Shown here one piece after another: positions 1 through 10,446 of a stretch of DNA of 64,000 nucleotides. The notes beneath the pieces were generated by a model. The model was not told where the DNA came from. It made no database searches and saw only the letters and a list, made by a program, of their open reading frames with translations. How positions within the stretch are numbered: position 1 is the first letter of the stretch; every line of letters begins with the position of its first letter. The stretch spans positions 2,080,001-2,144,000 of the forward strand of contig OZ241841.1 in assembly GCA_965202665.1 (NCBI GenBank), in the 5' to 3' direction. This DNA is from Candidatus Spongiisociaceae bacterium. GTDB lineage: Bacteria; Actinomycetota; Acidimicrobiia; Spongiisociales; Spongiisociaceae. Made by a program: the position numbers and the translations under genes.

Positions 1-1
1 G

Positions 2-2353
2 GACCCCGAGTCGGTGGCGGCCGGGTTGGAAGGATTGCTGAAAAGGGATTTCACGGTGGTTCTGGCCATGGACGGGGTTCCGGCCGCGGAGCGCACCGCC
101 CGGGTTTTGGGCGAGAACGGCCTGTCTTTGGCGGTGCGGGAAAGGATGAAACCGGGGTCCCGGTTGGGGGTGATCGCCGCCGGGGTGCACAACGGGATGG
201 TGCTGCCCGCCGCCCGGTTGGCGGTGCTGGGGGAGCGGGAAATCGCCGGGCGGCGCCGCTCCCACCGCCGCCCCGGCCGTCGCTCCCCGGGTTCGGGCGG
301 TCCCGTCCGCCTCTACCAGGATCTGGCGGCGGGCGACTACGTGGTGCACCATCATCACGGAATCGGCCGGTTTGAGGGTTTGGCCGCCCGCTCCATGGGC
401 GGAGCGGAACGGGACTACATCGTCATCGGCTACGCCGGAACCGACAAGCTGTACGTGCCCACCGACCAGTTGGCGGCGGTGAAGAAGTACACCGGGGGCG
501 AGTCGCCGCGGGTGAGCAAAATGGGAGGCGGGGATTGGGCGGCCGCCCGCCGCCGGGTCAAAAAAGAGGCGGCCGCCCTGGCCGACCATGTCATCGATAT
601 GCACCGCCTGCGGGCCTCGGCCGCCGGTCGGGCCTTCGCCTCCGACAGCCCCTGGCAGAAGGAGATGGAGGACGCGTTTCCGTTCGAGGAAACCCCCGAT
701 CAACTGGCGGCGACGGCGGATGTCAAAGCCGACATGGAGTCGGACCGGCCCATGGACCGCCTCATCTTCGGGGATGTGGGGTTCGGCAAAACCGAGGTGG
801 CCCTGCGGGCGGTGTTCAAGGCGGTGGCCGACGGCTGCCAGGCGGCGGTGCTGTGCCCCACCACCCTGCTCGCCCAGCAGCACCATCAGACTTTCAGCGA
901 ACGGTTCGCCTCTTATCCGATGCGGGTGGAGATGCTCAGCCGCTTCCTCACTCCCGCCCAGGCCCGGCGGGTGCTGGACGGTTTGCGCACCGGGGAGGTG
1001 GATGCGGTGATCGGCACCCATCGGTTGCTGACCGACGGGGTGGTTTTCAAGAACCTGGGGTTGCTGGTGGTGGACGAAGAGCACCGGTTCGGCGTGAAAG
1101 CCAAGGAAAAAATCAAGGGGATGCGGGTGGGGGTGGATGTCCTTACCCTGACCGCCACCCCCATTCCCCGCACATTGGAAATGGCCCTCACCGGCATCCG
1201 GGAGGTGAGTCACATTCGCACCCCGCCCGAGGACCGCCATCCGATTCTCACCTATGTGGGGCCGTACGACCCGCAGGTGGCGGCGGCCGCCGTGCGGAGG
1301 GAACTGTTGCGGGAAGGCCAAGTGTTTTACGTGCACAACCGCATCCATTCCATCGAGGCGGCCGCGGCCCGCCTGCGGGAGATGGCCCCCGAGGCCCGGC
1401 TGGCGGTGGCCCACGGGCGGATGAGCGAAGGCCGCCTGGAGCAGGTGATGCTGGACTTCTGGGACGGCCGTTACGACGTGCTGGTTTCCACCACCATCAT
1501 CGAATCCGGCCTGGACCTGCCCGCGGTCAACACCCTGATCGTGGAGCGGGCCGACCTGCTGGGCCTGGCCGGTTTGCATCAGCTGCGGGGGCGTGTTGGG
1601 CGCTCCGACCGCCGGGCCTACGCCTACCTGTTCCATCCCGACGATCACGTCCTGCCGGAGACCGCCCTGCGCCGGTTGGCGGCGGTGGGCGAGCACGCCG
1701 ATTTGGGGTCGGGGCTGGCTTTGGCGCAACGCGACTTGGAAATCCGGGGGGCGGGTTCGGTGTTGGGGGAGGTGCAGTCCGGCCATATCGCGGCGGTCGG
1801 GTTCGACATGTACGTGGAACTGGTGTCGGAGGCGGTAGCGGAGCGGATGGGCGGCGGCCGGACGGCGCAACCGGGGCGGGGGGAGCGGGAGGTGCGGATC
1901 GACCTGGGGGTGGACGCCCACCTGCCGTCCGGCTACGTCGGGGAGGAGACGGTGCGGCTGGAAGCCTACCGGCGGCTGGCTTCCGCCGACTCCGCGGAAG
2001 AGGTGGAGGAGGCGGCGGCCGAATGGCGGGACCGCTACGGCCCGCTGCCGGAACCCGCCTTGCGTCTGCTGAAGATGGCCCGCTTGCGTACGGAGGCGCT
2101 GCGCATCGGCTTGGATGAAATTCTGGCCGCCCGCCGGGAGTTGCGCCTGGGGCCGGTGGAACTGTCCGATTCGGAGCAGGTGCGCCTGCAGCGCCTGGCC
2201 CCGGCCGGGTTCGTGAAACCGGGGCCGGCCAGCGGCGTCCTGATACTCCCCGCCCCGGCAACTCCGGGGGAGGGCGCCTTGGATTACCTGTTGCGCTTTT
2301 TGCCGGAAATGTGGCCCGCCCCTGTCCCCCGGAGCGGTAAACGCCCTGCGTAG
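2..2353 (+). CDS. mfd: Transcription-repair coupling factor (5'-partial; frame open to window edge)
   Basis: CarD/RID segment ([14 protein letters not shown]), [44 protein letters not shown]-terminal TRCF domain. Confidence 0.97.
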   Translation, partial: DPESVAAGLEGLLKRDFTVVLAMDGVPAAERTARVLGENGLSLAVRERMKPGSRLGVIAAGVHNGMVLPAARLAVLGEREIAGRRRSHRRPGRRSPGSGGPVRLYQDLAAGDYVVHHHHGIGRFEGLAARSMGGAERDYIVIGYAGTDKLYVPTDQLAAVKKYTGGESPRVSKMGGGDWAAARRRVKKEAAALADHVIDMHRLRASAAGRAFASDSPWQKEMEDAFPFEETPDQLAATADVKADMESDRPMDRLIFGDVGFGKTEVALRAVFKAVADGCQAAVLCPTTLLAQQHHQTFSERFASYPMRVEMLSRFLTPAQARRVLDGLRTGEVDAVIGTHRLLTDGVVFKNLGLLVVDEEHRFGVKAKEKIKGMRVGVDVLTLTATPIPRTLEMALTGIREVSHIRTPPEDRHPILTYVGPYDPQVAAAAVRRELLREGQVFYVHNRIHSIEAAAARLREMAPEARLAVAHGRMSEGRLEQVMLDFWDGRYDVLVSTTIIESGLDLPAVNTLIVERADLLGLAGLHQLRGRVGRSDRRAYAYLFHPDDHVLPETALRRLAAVGEHADLGSGLALAQRDLEIRGAGSVLGEVQSGHIAAVGFDMYVELVSEAVAERMGGGRTAQPGRGEREVRIDLGVDAHLPSGYVGEETVRLEAYRRLASADSAEEVEEAAAEWRDRYGPLPEPALRLLKMARLRTEALRIGLDEILAARRELRLGPVELSDSEQVRLQRLAPAGFVKPGPASGVLILPAPATPGEGALDYLLRFLPEMWPAPVPRSGKRPA

Positions 2354-2646
2354 GCGGAGCCTTCTAAGAAAACTTTTCGCGTTCTTGAAATTTGGGGGGC
2401 CCGCCCTCCCCCCGCCCGCCCACCCATAACATACAAAGGGTTTCGGGAAAATTCAAGGGGGGCGATAGAGATATTTTTCGCGTTTCGGGATGTCCGGGTT
2501 GCCGGGGCGTTGCCCGCAACGGAATTCGGCTGGGCGTTTTCCCCAATTGGCCGGGGCGGTTGGACGACGGCGGGCTCCTCGCTCCGTAAATAGGTTAAAA
2601 CGGGGATGGATGGTACCATTGGCCGCCCGTTCGGTAGGAGGTCTAC

Positions 2647-3669
2647 TTGTCCAAACGTTTGGCGGCGGCTCTGGCTGTCCTGTTGATGGCGGTCGCGGCC
2701 TGCGGCGGAGATTCCGAATCTGAACCTACCGTCGCCGATGCGGATTCCACCACCGTTGCACCGCCGACTTCCGAATCTGAGGTGGAGCAGCCGACCACCG
2801 CCGCTCCGGAGAGCGGGGGGCCGGTTTACCTGCAGGCGGCCACGGTGAACGGTGAACCGATCGGGGTGGAGGACGTGACGCGATTGGTGTCCGTGGCCGG
2901 GGATACGATGGCCCCGGAAAGGTTCGCCGACGTGCTGGCCTCGGTGATTTTGGGCCGGTTGATAGTCGGAGAGGCCCAAAGTCAACTTGGGCTTTCCCTC
3001 TCCGACGAAGAAGTGGAGGGGCGGATTGCCGAGATTGCCGGGCCGCCGGGGGAGGCCCGGCAGCAGTTTCTGGAGGAAAACCAGTTGACCGAGGAAGGCC
3101 TCTACTATTTCTTGGGCGCCAATTTTCTGGTGGAACGCATTGCCGAAACCTTGGCCGCGTCCGCCCCCCCGCCCTCCGAAGAGGAACTGCGGGAAATGTA
3201 CGACTCCCAGCCCGCCTCCTACACCAATGTGTGTTCCTCCCATATTCTGCTGGAAACGGAAGAGGAGGGGCTGGCCGCCTTGGAACGGGCTTTGGCCGGG
3301 GAGGACTTCGCGGAACTGGCCCGGGAGTTGTCCACTGGTCCCAGCGGTCCCGCCGGAGGCTATTTGGATTGCACGGAAGCGGACTCCTACGTGTCCGAAT
3401 TCGCCGACGCCACCCTCTCCGCTCCGCTGGGGGAGCCGGTGGGTCCGGTGCAGACCCAGTTCGGCTGGCATGTGATTTTGGTGTCGGAGCGCCAAGCCCC
3501 CTCTTTTGAGGAGGTCCGGGGTGATTTGGAGGCCGAATTCCAAAGCAATCCGGACGCCCTGTTGCAGGTGTGGTGGAACGAAGTGATCGCCTCCGCGGCG
3601 GTAACGGTGGAACCGGAGTACGGCCTGTGGTCTCCCGAGCCGCCGTACGTGACACCTCCCGCCTCCTGA
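2647..3669 (+). CDS. PrsA/SurA-like peptidyl-prolyl isomerase lipoprotein
   Basis: Lipobox AAAC, parvulin motifs SHILL, FAELARELS, PVQTQFGWHVI; AGGAGG RBS before TTG; typical mfd-prsA-mazG-eno synteny. Confidence 0.9.
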   Translation: MSKRLAAALAVLLMAVAACGGDSESEPTVADADSTTVAPPTSESEVEQPTTAAPESGGPVYLQAATVNGEPIGVEDVTRLVSVAGDTMAPERFADVLASVILGRLIVGEAQSQLGLSLSDEEVEGRIAEIAGPPGEARQQFLEENQLTEEGLYYFLGANFLVERIAETLAASAPPPSEEELREMYDSQPASYTNVCSSHILLETEEEGLAALERALAGEDFAELARELSTGPSGPAGGYLDCTEADSYVSEFADATLSAPLGEPVGPVQTQFGWHVILVSERQAPSFEEVRGDLEAEFQSNPDALLQVWWNEVIASAAVTVEPEYGLWSPEPPYVTPPAS

Positions 3670-5141
3670 GCGCCCCCCGGTTGCTGATAGCCGGACTGGG
3701 GCCGGGGGATTGGGCGGGGGTTCCGGCCGAGGGCCGCAAGGCGTTGCTGGATCCGGGCCGCTCCGTCATCTTGCGCACCCTCCATCATCCGGCGGCGGAA
3801 GAGTTGGCGGAGCGGCGGACGGTGCGGAACTGCGATGACCTGTACGAGCGGGGTGAAAGTTTCCAGCAGGTTTATCGGGACATAGCCGACCGGGTGGCGG
3901 CCGCGGCGGCGGCGGGCCCCGTCGCCTACGCCGTGCCGGGCAGTCCCTGGTACGGGGAGCGGACGGTCGCCCTGTTGCGGGAACGGGAACCTTCGGCGGG
4001 CGTGTTGGACGCCCCTTCCTTTTTGGATGCGGCCTTGCGGGAGTTGGGACTGGACCCCGCCGAGCGGGGCTTGGCGGTTTTGGACGGCCGCAACTTGCCC
4101 GACCCGTTGTTGCTCCATCTGCCCACGGTCATCTTCCAGGTGGATACGGAGCGGGTGTTGGCCGATGTTTTGGAACGGCTGGGCCGCACCCTCCCCGCCG
4201 ACGCCCCGGCGACTGTCCTGTCCGATTTGGGTTCCCGGAGGGCCCGGGCGGTTTCCCATCCGTTGGCCGAGGTTCCGTTGGCCGCGGCCGGTTTGCGTAC
4301 CACCCTGTTCGTGGACCCTTCCCCGTGCGGGTTGCCGGGGGCCATCTCCGTTATGCGCCGCCTGCGCCGCGACTGCCCCTGGGACCGCCGCCAGACCCAC
4401 GCCTCCCTGGCCGCCCATTTGGTGGAGGAAACTTTCGAACTGACGGAGGCCATCAGCCGCCTGCCCGCCGGGGCCCCGCAGGCGCCGCCGGACGCTGGCC
4501 TGCCCGCCGACGGGGCCTACGCCGATTTGGAGGAGGAACTGGGCGATGTGCTGTTGCAGGTTATTTTCCACTCCAACCTGGCCGAGGAGGCGGGATGGTT
4601 CGGGGTGGAGGAGGCGGCGGAAACCCTGCGGGCCAAACTGGTGCGCCGCCATCCGCATGTGTTCGGCGAGGTCCGGGCCGACACTTCCGAGCAGGTGAAG
4701 GCCAACTGGGAGGCTTTGAAACAGGCCGACAAGCCCCGGGACTCGCTGATGGACGGGGCGCCGGAGGGAATGCCCGGCCTGAACCGGGCGGTCAAATTGC
4801 AGACCGGGGCCGCCAAGGTGGGTTTCGACTGGCCGGACGCCCGTTCCGTGGTGGGGGACGTGGAAGAGGAAATAGCCGAGTTGGTGGAAGTCCTCGACGA
4901 CCCCCGGGCGGCGCCGGAGGAGTTGGGGGATGTGCTGTTCGCCGTCGCCAACCTGGCCCGCCATTTGGGGACGGATCCGGAGTTGGCCCTGCGCCGGGCG
5001 ACGGCCCGTTTCGAGTCCCGGTTTCGCATGATGGAGGGGATGGCCGATTTGGGGGAAGCCGATGTGGACGAGCTGAACCGCCTGTGGGAAAAGGCCAAAC
5101 AGATGGAACGAGCCTCCTCCCCGCCGGGGTCGCCCGCCTAA
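3666..5141 (+). CDS. mazG: MazG nucleoside triphosphate pyrophosphohydrolase with N-terminal tetrapyrrole-methylase-like domain (YabN type)
   Basis: GLGPG...RTLHHP...YAVPGSP N-domain; [33 protein letters not shown]. Start uncertain (CTG 3666, TTG 3681 or TTG/GTG upstream). Confidence 0.92.
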   Translation: MSAPRLLIAGLGPGDWAGVPAEGRKALLDPGRSVILRTLHHPAAEELAERRTVRNCDDLYERGESFQQVYRDIADRVAAAAAAGPVAYAVPGSPWYGERTVALLREREPSAGVLDAPSFLDAALRELGLDPAERGLAVLDGRNLPDPLLLHLPTVIFQVDTERVLADVLERLGRTLPADAPATVLSDLGSRRARAVSHPLAEVPLAAAGLRTTLFVDPSPCGLPGAISVMRRLRRDCPWDRRQTHASLAAHLVEETFELTEAISRLPAGAPQAPPDAGLPADGAYADLEEELGDVLLQVIFHSNLAEEAGWFGVEEAAETLRAKLVRRHPHVFGEVRADTSEQVKANWEALKQADKPRDSLMDGAPEGMPGLNRAVKLQTGAAKVGFDWPDARSVVGDVEEEIAELVEVLDDPRAAPEELGDVLFAVANLARHLGTDPELALRRATARFESRFRMMEGMADLGEADVDELNRLWEKAKQMERASSPPGSPA

Positions 5142-5209
5142 GGTGCGCCGAAAAAGGCGTATTCTGTGATAAGTTTTACTTGAATTCGGCAAAACCGGCA
5201 GGAGGTGGG

Positions 5210-6493
5210 GTGAAAACCGCCATTCAAGAGCTCAGGGCCCGGCAGATTCTCGACTCGCGCGGCAATCCCACGGTGGAAGCGGAAGCGGTTTTGCGGTCGG
5301 GAGCGCGGGGGCGGGCCGCGGTCCCCTCCGGGGCCTCCACCGGGTCGCGGGAAGCGGTGGAAGCGCGGGACGGCGGGCCCCGGTTCGCGGGACGGGGGGT
5401 CAGCCGGGCGGTGGCCGCCGTCGTGGAAACCATCGCCCCGGTCGCGGTGGGCCGCGACGCCCTCGACCAGGGGGGGTTGGATCAGGCGATGTGCGACTTG
5501 GACGGAACCCCCGACAAGTCCCGCCTGGGGGCCAACGCCATCCTGGCCGTCTCCCTGGCGGCGGCCCGGGCGGCGGCCGTCGCAGTGGGCCTGCCCCTGT
5601 TTCGCTATTTGGGAGGCCCTTCCGCCCGGGTGCTGCCCGTCCCGATGCTGAACGTCCTCAACGGCGGGGCGCACGCCGCCAACCCGCTGGACGTCCAGGA
5701 GTTCATGCTGGTGCCGGGCGGTTTTCCCTCCTTTTCGGAAGCCTTGCGGGCCGGGGCGGAGGTGTATCAGGCCCTGAAAAAAATCCTGTCCGGGCGGGGT
5801 TTGACCGTCAACGTGGGCGATGAGGGGGGTTTCGCCCCGGATCTGGATCAAACCCGGGACGCCTTGGACGCGTTGCTGGCCGCCATCGAGTCGGCCGGAT
5901 ACCGCCCGGGGGAGGAAATCGCCCTCGCTTTGGACGTGGCCGCCACCGAACTTCACCGGGAGGGGGAATATCACATAGACGGCCAAAAGTTGGAGGCGGC
6001 CCGGCTGGTTGATTTCTATGAACGGCTGGCGGCCGACTACCCGATCGCCTCCATCGAAGACGGAATGGCTGAGGACGACTGGGCGGGCTGGACGGAAATG
6101 ACCGCCCGTTTGGGGGAGGGCGTGCAGTTGGTGGGGGACGACCTTTTCGTTACCGACGAGGCCGCCCTGCTGCGGGGGGCGGAGCAGGGGGCGGCCAACG
6201 CCATTTTGGTCAAGGTAAACCAGATAGGTTCCCTGTCCGAGGCGATGCGCGCTTTGGAGGCGGCCCGCGGGGCGGGATACGGACGGGTGGTGTCTCACCG
6301 TTCGGGGGAAACGGAGGATGTTTTCATCGCCCATTTGGCGACCGCGGTCAACGCCGGGCAGATCAAGACCGGGGCCCCGGCCCGTTCCGAACGCACCGCC
6401 AAATACAACGAGTTGCTACGCATCGAGGAACGGCTGGGGGAGCAGGCCGCATATCGGGGCTTCGACGCTTTGGCCGGACGGCGGGGGAGCTGA
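5210..6493 (+). CDS. eno: Enolase
   Basis: [51 protein letters not shown]; GGAGG RBS then GTG at 5210. Confidence 0.98.
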   Translation: MKTAIQELRARQILDSRGNPTVEAEAVLRSGARGRAAVPSGASTGSREAVEARDGGPRFAGRGVSRAVAAVVETIAPVAVGRDALDQGGLDQAMCDLDGTPDKSRLGANAILAVSLAAARAAAVAVGLPLFRYLGGPSARVLPVPMLNVLNGGAHAANPLDVQEFMLVPGGFPSFSEALRAGAEVYQALKKILSGRGLTVNVGDEGGFAPDLDQTRDALDALLAAIESAGYRPGEEIALALDVAATELHREGEYHIDGQKLEAARLVDFYERLAADYPIASIEDGMAEDDWAGWTEMTARLGEGVQLVGDDLFVTDEAALLRGAEQGAANAILVKVNQIGSLSEAMRALEAARGAGYGRVVSHRSGETEDVFIAHLATAVNAGQIKTGAPARSERTAKYNELLRIEERLGEQAAYRGFDALAGRRGS

Positions 6494-6495
6494 AA

Positions 6496-6909
6496 ATGGG
6501 CAAAGGCGGATCCCGCATACGCCGCTTCATCGTCAGCGGGCTGTTGGTAGTCGGTCTGGGGGTGGCGATTTTCAACGTTTTCCCCTTCCGGCAAACCATC
6601 GCCCAGAACCGGGCGGTGGAGGAAGCCCGCATCGAGTTGGAGGGCCTGCAGGCTGAGAACGAGCGGCTGGAAAGGGATGTGAAGACCCTCCAATCGCCGG
6701 GCGAGATTGAGCGGATCGCCCGCGCCGACTACGGCTATGTGCGGCCCGGCGACACCAGTTACGTGATCGTGGGCTCCGCCGGGGGAGATTCCGCTCCGGA
6801 CGGGGACGGGGCATCGCCGGAGCCGGAAGCCGAACCGGAGGTCGAATCCGGCGGGTTCTGGTCGGCGGTGTGGGGGTTCATCACCGGCCGCGATCTCACC
6901 GATGGATGA
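6496..6909 (+). CDS. Septum formation initiator (FtsB/DivIC family)
   Basis: TM helix plus coiled coil plus IERIARADYGYVRPG; directly after eno. Confidence 0.88.
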   Translation: MGKGGSRIRRFIVSGLLVVGLGVAIFNVFPFRQTIAQNRAVEEARIELEGLQAENERLERDVKTLQSPGEIERIARADYGYVRPGDTSYVIVGSAGGDSAPDGDGASPEPEAEPEVESGGFWSAVWGFITGRDLTDG

Positions 6910-7423
6910 CCAACGGGCGGTAGCGGTCCAGATCCAACGGCCTTTGCGGGCCCGGGTGGAGATCGTGTCCCGTTGCCATCTGGGGTTGCCGGTTGCGGTG
7001 CGGGTTCCCCCGCTGTTGGAGGACGGAACGCCTTTTCCCACCTTGTTCTGGCTGAGTTGCCCTTTGGCGGTGAAACGGGTGAGTCGGCTGGAGGGGTCCG
7101 GGGGGGTGCGGGCGATGGAGCGGAGGGCGGCGGCCGTCCCGGAGTTCGGGGAGTCCCTGCGACGGGCGCACGCCGATTACGCCTCCCGCCGGGAAGCCCT
7201 CACGCCCGCCGACGCCGACCCCCGGCCCGGCGGGGGCGTGGCGGGGGCGGAGCGGGGGGTTAAGTGCCTGCACGCCCACTACGCCCATTTTCTGGCCGGG
7301 GGAGGCAATCCGGTCGGGGAGATGACCGCCCCGTGGGTGGAACCGCTGGACTGCGCGCTCCCGTGCGTGATCGAACAGGACGGAGAGGAGCAACCCAACC
7401 CCCGCTGGAGCGCAGGCGGGTAG
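6902..7423 (+). CDS. DUF501 family protein
   Basis: PPLLEDGTPFPTLFWL, GGVAG, VKCLHAHYAH, NPVG; eno-divIC-DUF501 synteny of Actinomycetota. Confidence 0.9.
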   Translation: MDDQRAVAVQIQRPLRARVEIVSRCHLGLPVAVRVPPLLEDGTPFPTLFWLSCPLAVKRVSRLEGSGGVRAMERRAAAVPEFGESLRRAHADYASRREALTPADADPRPGGGVAGAERGVKCLHAHYAHFLAGGGNPVGEMTAPWVEPLDCALPCVIEQDGEEQPNPRWSAGG

Positions 7424-7438
7424 TATTGGGAAGCCGAG

Positions 7439-7523
7439 GCCCGGGTGACGGAATTGGCAGACGTGGCGGACTTAAAATCCGCTGTCCGAGTAGGGCATGT
7501 GGGTTCGAATCCCACCCCGGGCA
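7439..7523 (+). tRNA. tRNA-Leu, anticodon TAA
   Basis: Acceptor GCCCGGG/CCCGGGC-A, D-loop TTGGCAG, anticodon arm GCGGA-CT-TAA-AA-TCCGC, long variable arm, GGTTCGAATCC. Confidence 0.96.
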
Positions 7524-7640
7524 CCGGGCCGCCCTCATCCGATGTCCAAGACGGGTCCGCTAACGTCCGGAAGATGGTAAAGTTAGATTCGATGAGAGGT
7601 TCCCCGCCAGCGGTCGACCGCAGATTGGAGAAGGCGAACA

Positions 7641-7946
7641 ATGAAATCTTCAGATCCGCCTTTGTTGGATAACGATTCCGACGGGCAACCGGTGCCCGCG
7701 CCGGAGGGTTACCGCGTGGTGCGTCTTCCCTCCTGGGAGTTTAGGATCCCGGCGCCGCCCGTCCCCGAGGAGGAGAAGCCCAACGGCAGGCCTCGCGAAT
7801 ACTTTGAGCACCCCTTCCTCCGTAGCCCAACCACGTCAGCCAGTTCGCCTTGGTTCTATCTAGGAGTTATTCCCATTAAACATTTAGAGGATCCCGACTG
7901 GGATAGCGGGCCCATCCGTCGGAGGGACCTCGGGCCGCCGTATTAG
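7641..7946 (+). CDS. Hypothetical Pro-rich protein
   Basis: ATG preceded by GGAGAAGG; no recognisable motif; lies in accessory patch after the tRNA. Confidence 0.35.
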   Translation: MKSSDPPLLDNDSDGQPVPAPEGYRVVRLPSWEFRIPAPPVPEEEKPNGRPREYFEHPFLRSPTTSASSPWFYLGVIPIKHLEDPDWDSGPIRRRDLGPPY

Positions 7947-8069
7947 AGATTCTTAGACACGTCAGCCAGGGTAGTATCCCCATTAAACATTTCGGGGAAC
8001 CACGGCAGTCCAACCCGATGAGATACTGTCGCGATTCATCAAATACCGCAGGTCCATCTAGGTAGGGGA

Positions 8070-9206
8070 CTATCGGCCGATGCTGTTCGGCGCCTCTTCA
8101 CGAGATGTATTCATCCATTTTCCGCCTTTGAAGCCGAATCTTACCTGGTTTGGAGAAATCTGTTCAGTCAAAGATTGGTGAACGGCTCGCTCTATTTCAG
8201 GTTTAATTTGTTGCAGGAACTCCTGTAATGCATCCTGATTGATGTCAGGTTTCCAATCAGAGGGTAATTGAAGATGGGGTGTTATTTGAAGGTGGGATGG
8301 CATCTGTTGTATTACATTGACTACAAATTGCCCACGAAATTCGAAGGTCATTTCCTTACTCTCCACAACGGCTATTGCTATTTCCTCGACCTTGCTTTTT
8401 TCATCTATGTTGACTGATATATCTGGGGCCTCACGAATTTTGAGATCCTGTTCATATGCGCACCATAGTCTCCACATCGCTTTTTCTACATCTTCTTGAG
8501 CGGCTACAGCCCGAAGGTTCATTGCTTTAGCCTCTTGAAAACCGATGGCGTGTCCATGAGCGTAAACCTTGGTCGCAAGAGTATCCACTATTGTTTCCCG
8601 GATGCGCTCGCTCAGTGGTTCTTTCTGTGATGCCAACATGCGAAGGGCTACGTCGCGGATATGCGATCTGATGCGGTGGACCGATCCCAAAGATACCGCC
8701 CCTATGTTTTGAGACAAGTGGGCAAGGCTTTGGGCAAGAGCTACTTGGTCTGAAAGACCGACTTCTTCTTGCGTAAATCTCAGATAGGCCATTACATCTT
8801 CTACGCTTATACCTTCCCCAGCCGCGCTTCCCGGCTTTTGAAAGTATTGGGTAGGGTCTATGGGACCCAATTCACCGTGCTTGCCGAAGATTATTTCGTC
8901 AGACCCCAGGGCAAGCAGGGTGGCCGCGCTGTTAGCGCGAAAGGGTATCAGAATGTTCCATCTGTCTGAATACTGGCGCAGAGCTGACGCAATCCGCCAG
9001 GGGACTTCAGCGGCGCCGCCCCTAGAGTAGAGAAAAAGGTCAATTTTCCCCACTTTGTCCATCTGGCGTAGCACATCAAACAGCGGCCGCACCGCGTCTT
9101 CGCCGATCTGAGCGCGGCAATGATCTCTATCACCGGTGATGTAGGTGATGACTCGGGAGCCGCGCAGGCGCTCCAACTCCTCGATGTATTTTCTTCTGTC
9201 GGACAT
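8070..9206 (-). CDS. SDH_sah family Clp-fold serine protease
   Basis: LFLYSRGG, ANSAATLLALGSDEI, ELGPIDP, HGHAIGFQEA; GGAGG RBS; visibly lower GC than flanks. Confidence 0.85.
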   Translation of the reverse strand: MSDRRKYIEELERLRGSRVITYITGDRDHCRAQIGEDAVRPLFDVLRQMDKVGKIDLFLYSRGGAAEVPWRIASALRQYSDRWNILIPFRANSAATLLALGSDEIIFGKHGELGPIDPTQYFQKPGSAAGEGISVEDVMAYLRFTQEEVGLSDQVALAQSLAHLSQNIGAVSLGSVHRIRSHIRDVALRMLASQKEPLSERIRETIVDTLATKVYAHGHAIGFQEAKAMNLRAVAAQEDVEKAMWRLWCAYEQDLKIREAPDISVNIDEKSKVEEIAIAVVESKEMTFEFRGQFVVNVIQQMPSHLQITPHLQLPSDWKPDINQDALQEFLQQIKPEIERAVHQSLTEQISPNQVRFGFKGGKWMNTSREEAPNSIGR

Positions 9207-9405
9207 CAGTATCCTCCGCTCTAAGCAGGCGCCGCCTAGGCGAACAAAGCGGTTGATGCGGTTACGCGTCGTAAGGCGGTTACCTGGTTGGGGGGTGACC
9301 TTTGGGTTGTAGAGCCTATAACCGCTGGCAGGAGAATAATATTCCCAAGTTCCGCCGGTTTTCTAAATTTAGGGCGGGATAGGCCGGGGTGAGTTGGAGG
9401 AGGGT

Positions 9406-10446
9406 TTAGGAGGTGGGGCGGCGGGCGGGGCCGGGGGAGGAATCCACCGTCCAGGTGCCGTGCGATTTGAGCAGGTCCTCCAACCGGCCGGGGCCGCGGG
9501 TTGCGGTCAGCTCCCGGTCGCGATCCTCCAAGGCTTGGTCGTAGACCGGTCGGTCCACCATCCGGAACAATCCCAGGGGGGTGGGGCCGTAGGGTCCGTG
9601 GGACAGACGGGACAGGGCGAAGGCCTGCGCGGGGTTGTCGGCGTGGGCGTCGTGCACGATAATTTGGGAGGGGTCCACCGCCGCCCGGTCCACTATCACC
9701 GCTTCTCCCCGCTCCCACGCCACCGCCTGCTCCCCGCCGGGGCCGAACACGATCGGCTTGCCGTGTTCCAGCATTATCCGGTTGAAGGTGCGCTCCTGCT
9801 TGCCGGTCAGGTTGATGAACGCCTTGTCGTTGAAAACATTGCAGTTCTGATAGATCTCAATCAGGGCCGATCCCCGGTGCCGGAAGGCCGCTTCCAGCAT
9901 GGCGATGGTATGCGGGCGGTCCATGTCCAAGGTGCGGGCCACGAAAGTCGCCTCCGCCCCCAACGCCAGGCTGACCGGGTTGAAAGGATGATCCAGCAGG
10001 CCGGTAGGCGAGGATTTGGTGGTTTTCCCCCGCTCCGAAGTGGGGGAGTACTGCCCTTTGGTCAGACCGTAGATCTGGTTGTTGATCAGCAACAGTTTCA
10101 GGTTCACGTTGCGGCGCAGGGCGTGGATCAGATGGTTGCCGCCGATGGCGGTCATATCCCCATCGCCGCCCACCACCCACACCGACAGTTCGGGGTTGGC
10201 CACCGCCATTCCGGTGGCGACCGCCGGGGCCCGGCCGTGAATGGTGTGAAACCCGTAGGTGTTCATGTAGTAGGGGAAGCGGGCCGCGCATCCGATGCCG
10301 GACGTGAACACCACGTTTTCCCGGGGGATATCCAACCCGGCCATAAAGGTCTGCACCGAGGCCAGGATGGTGTAGTCGCCGCAACCGGGGCACCACCGCA
10401 CCTCCTGGTCGGTCTGAAAGTCGGCCCGGGTGTAGGCGGCGGTCAT
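9406..10446 (-). CDS. korB: 2-oxoacid:ferredoxin oxidoreductase beta subunit
   Basis: WCPGCGD, SGIGC, HGRA, GGDGD...NNQIYGLTKGQ TPP motif. Confidence 0.94.
   Translation of the reverse strand: MTAAYTRADFQTDQEVRWCPGCGDYTILASVQTFMAGLDIPRENVVFTSGIGCAARFPYYMNTYGFHTIHGRAPAVATGMAVANPELSVWVVGGDGDMTAIGGNHLIHALRRNVNLKLLLINNQIYGLTKGQYSPTSERGKTTKSSPTGLLDHPFNPVSLALGAEATFVARTLDMDRPHTIAMLEAAFRHRGSALIEIYQNCNVFNDKAFINLTGKQERTFNRIMLEHGKPIVFGPGGEQAVAWERGEAVIVDRAAVDPSQIIVHDAHADNPAQAFALSRLSHGPYGPTPLGLFRMVDRPVYDQALEDRDRELTATRGPGRLEDLLKSHGTWTVDSSPGPARRPTS

Noticed and set aside
2354-2646. Patchy AT/GC intergenic region with TTTTCGCGTT twice and a weak inverted repeat
   Set aside because: Too short and imperfect to support an ncRNA, MITE or array
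4325-5209. Apparent N-terminal extension of enolase (likewise 21642-23366, 20872-22524, 29126-30193, 35699-37828)
   Set aside because: Extensions lie inside upstream genes; better internal starts with RBS or stop overlap exist
9236-9330. Possible small peptide ending VTASTALFA upstream of the SDH_sah gene
   Set aside because: No nearby in-frame start codon or RBS
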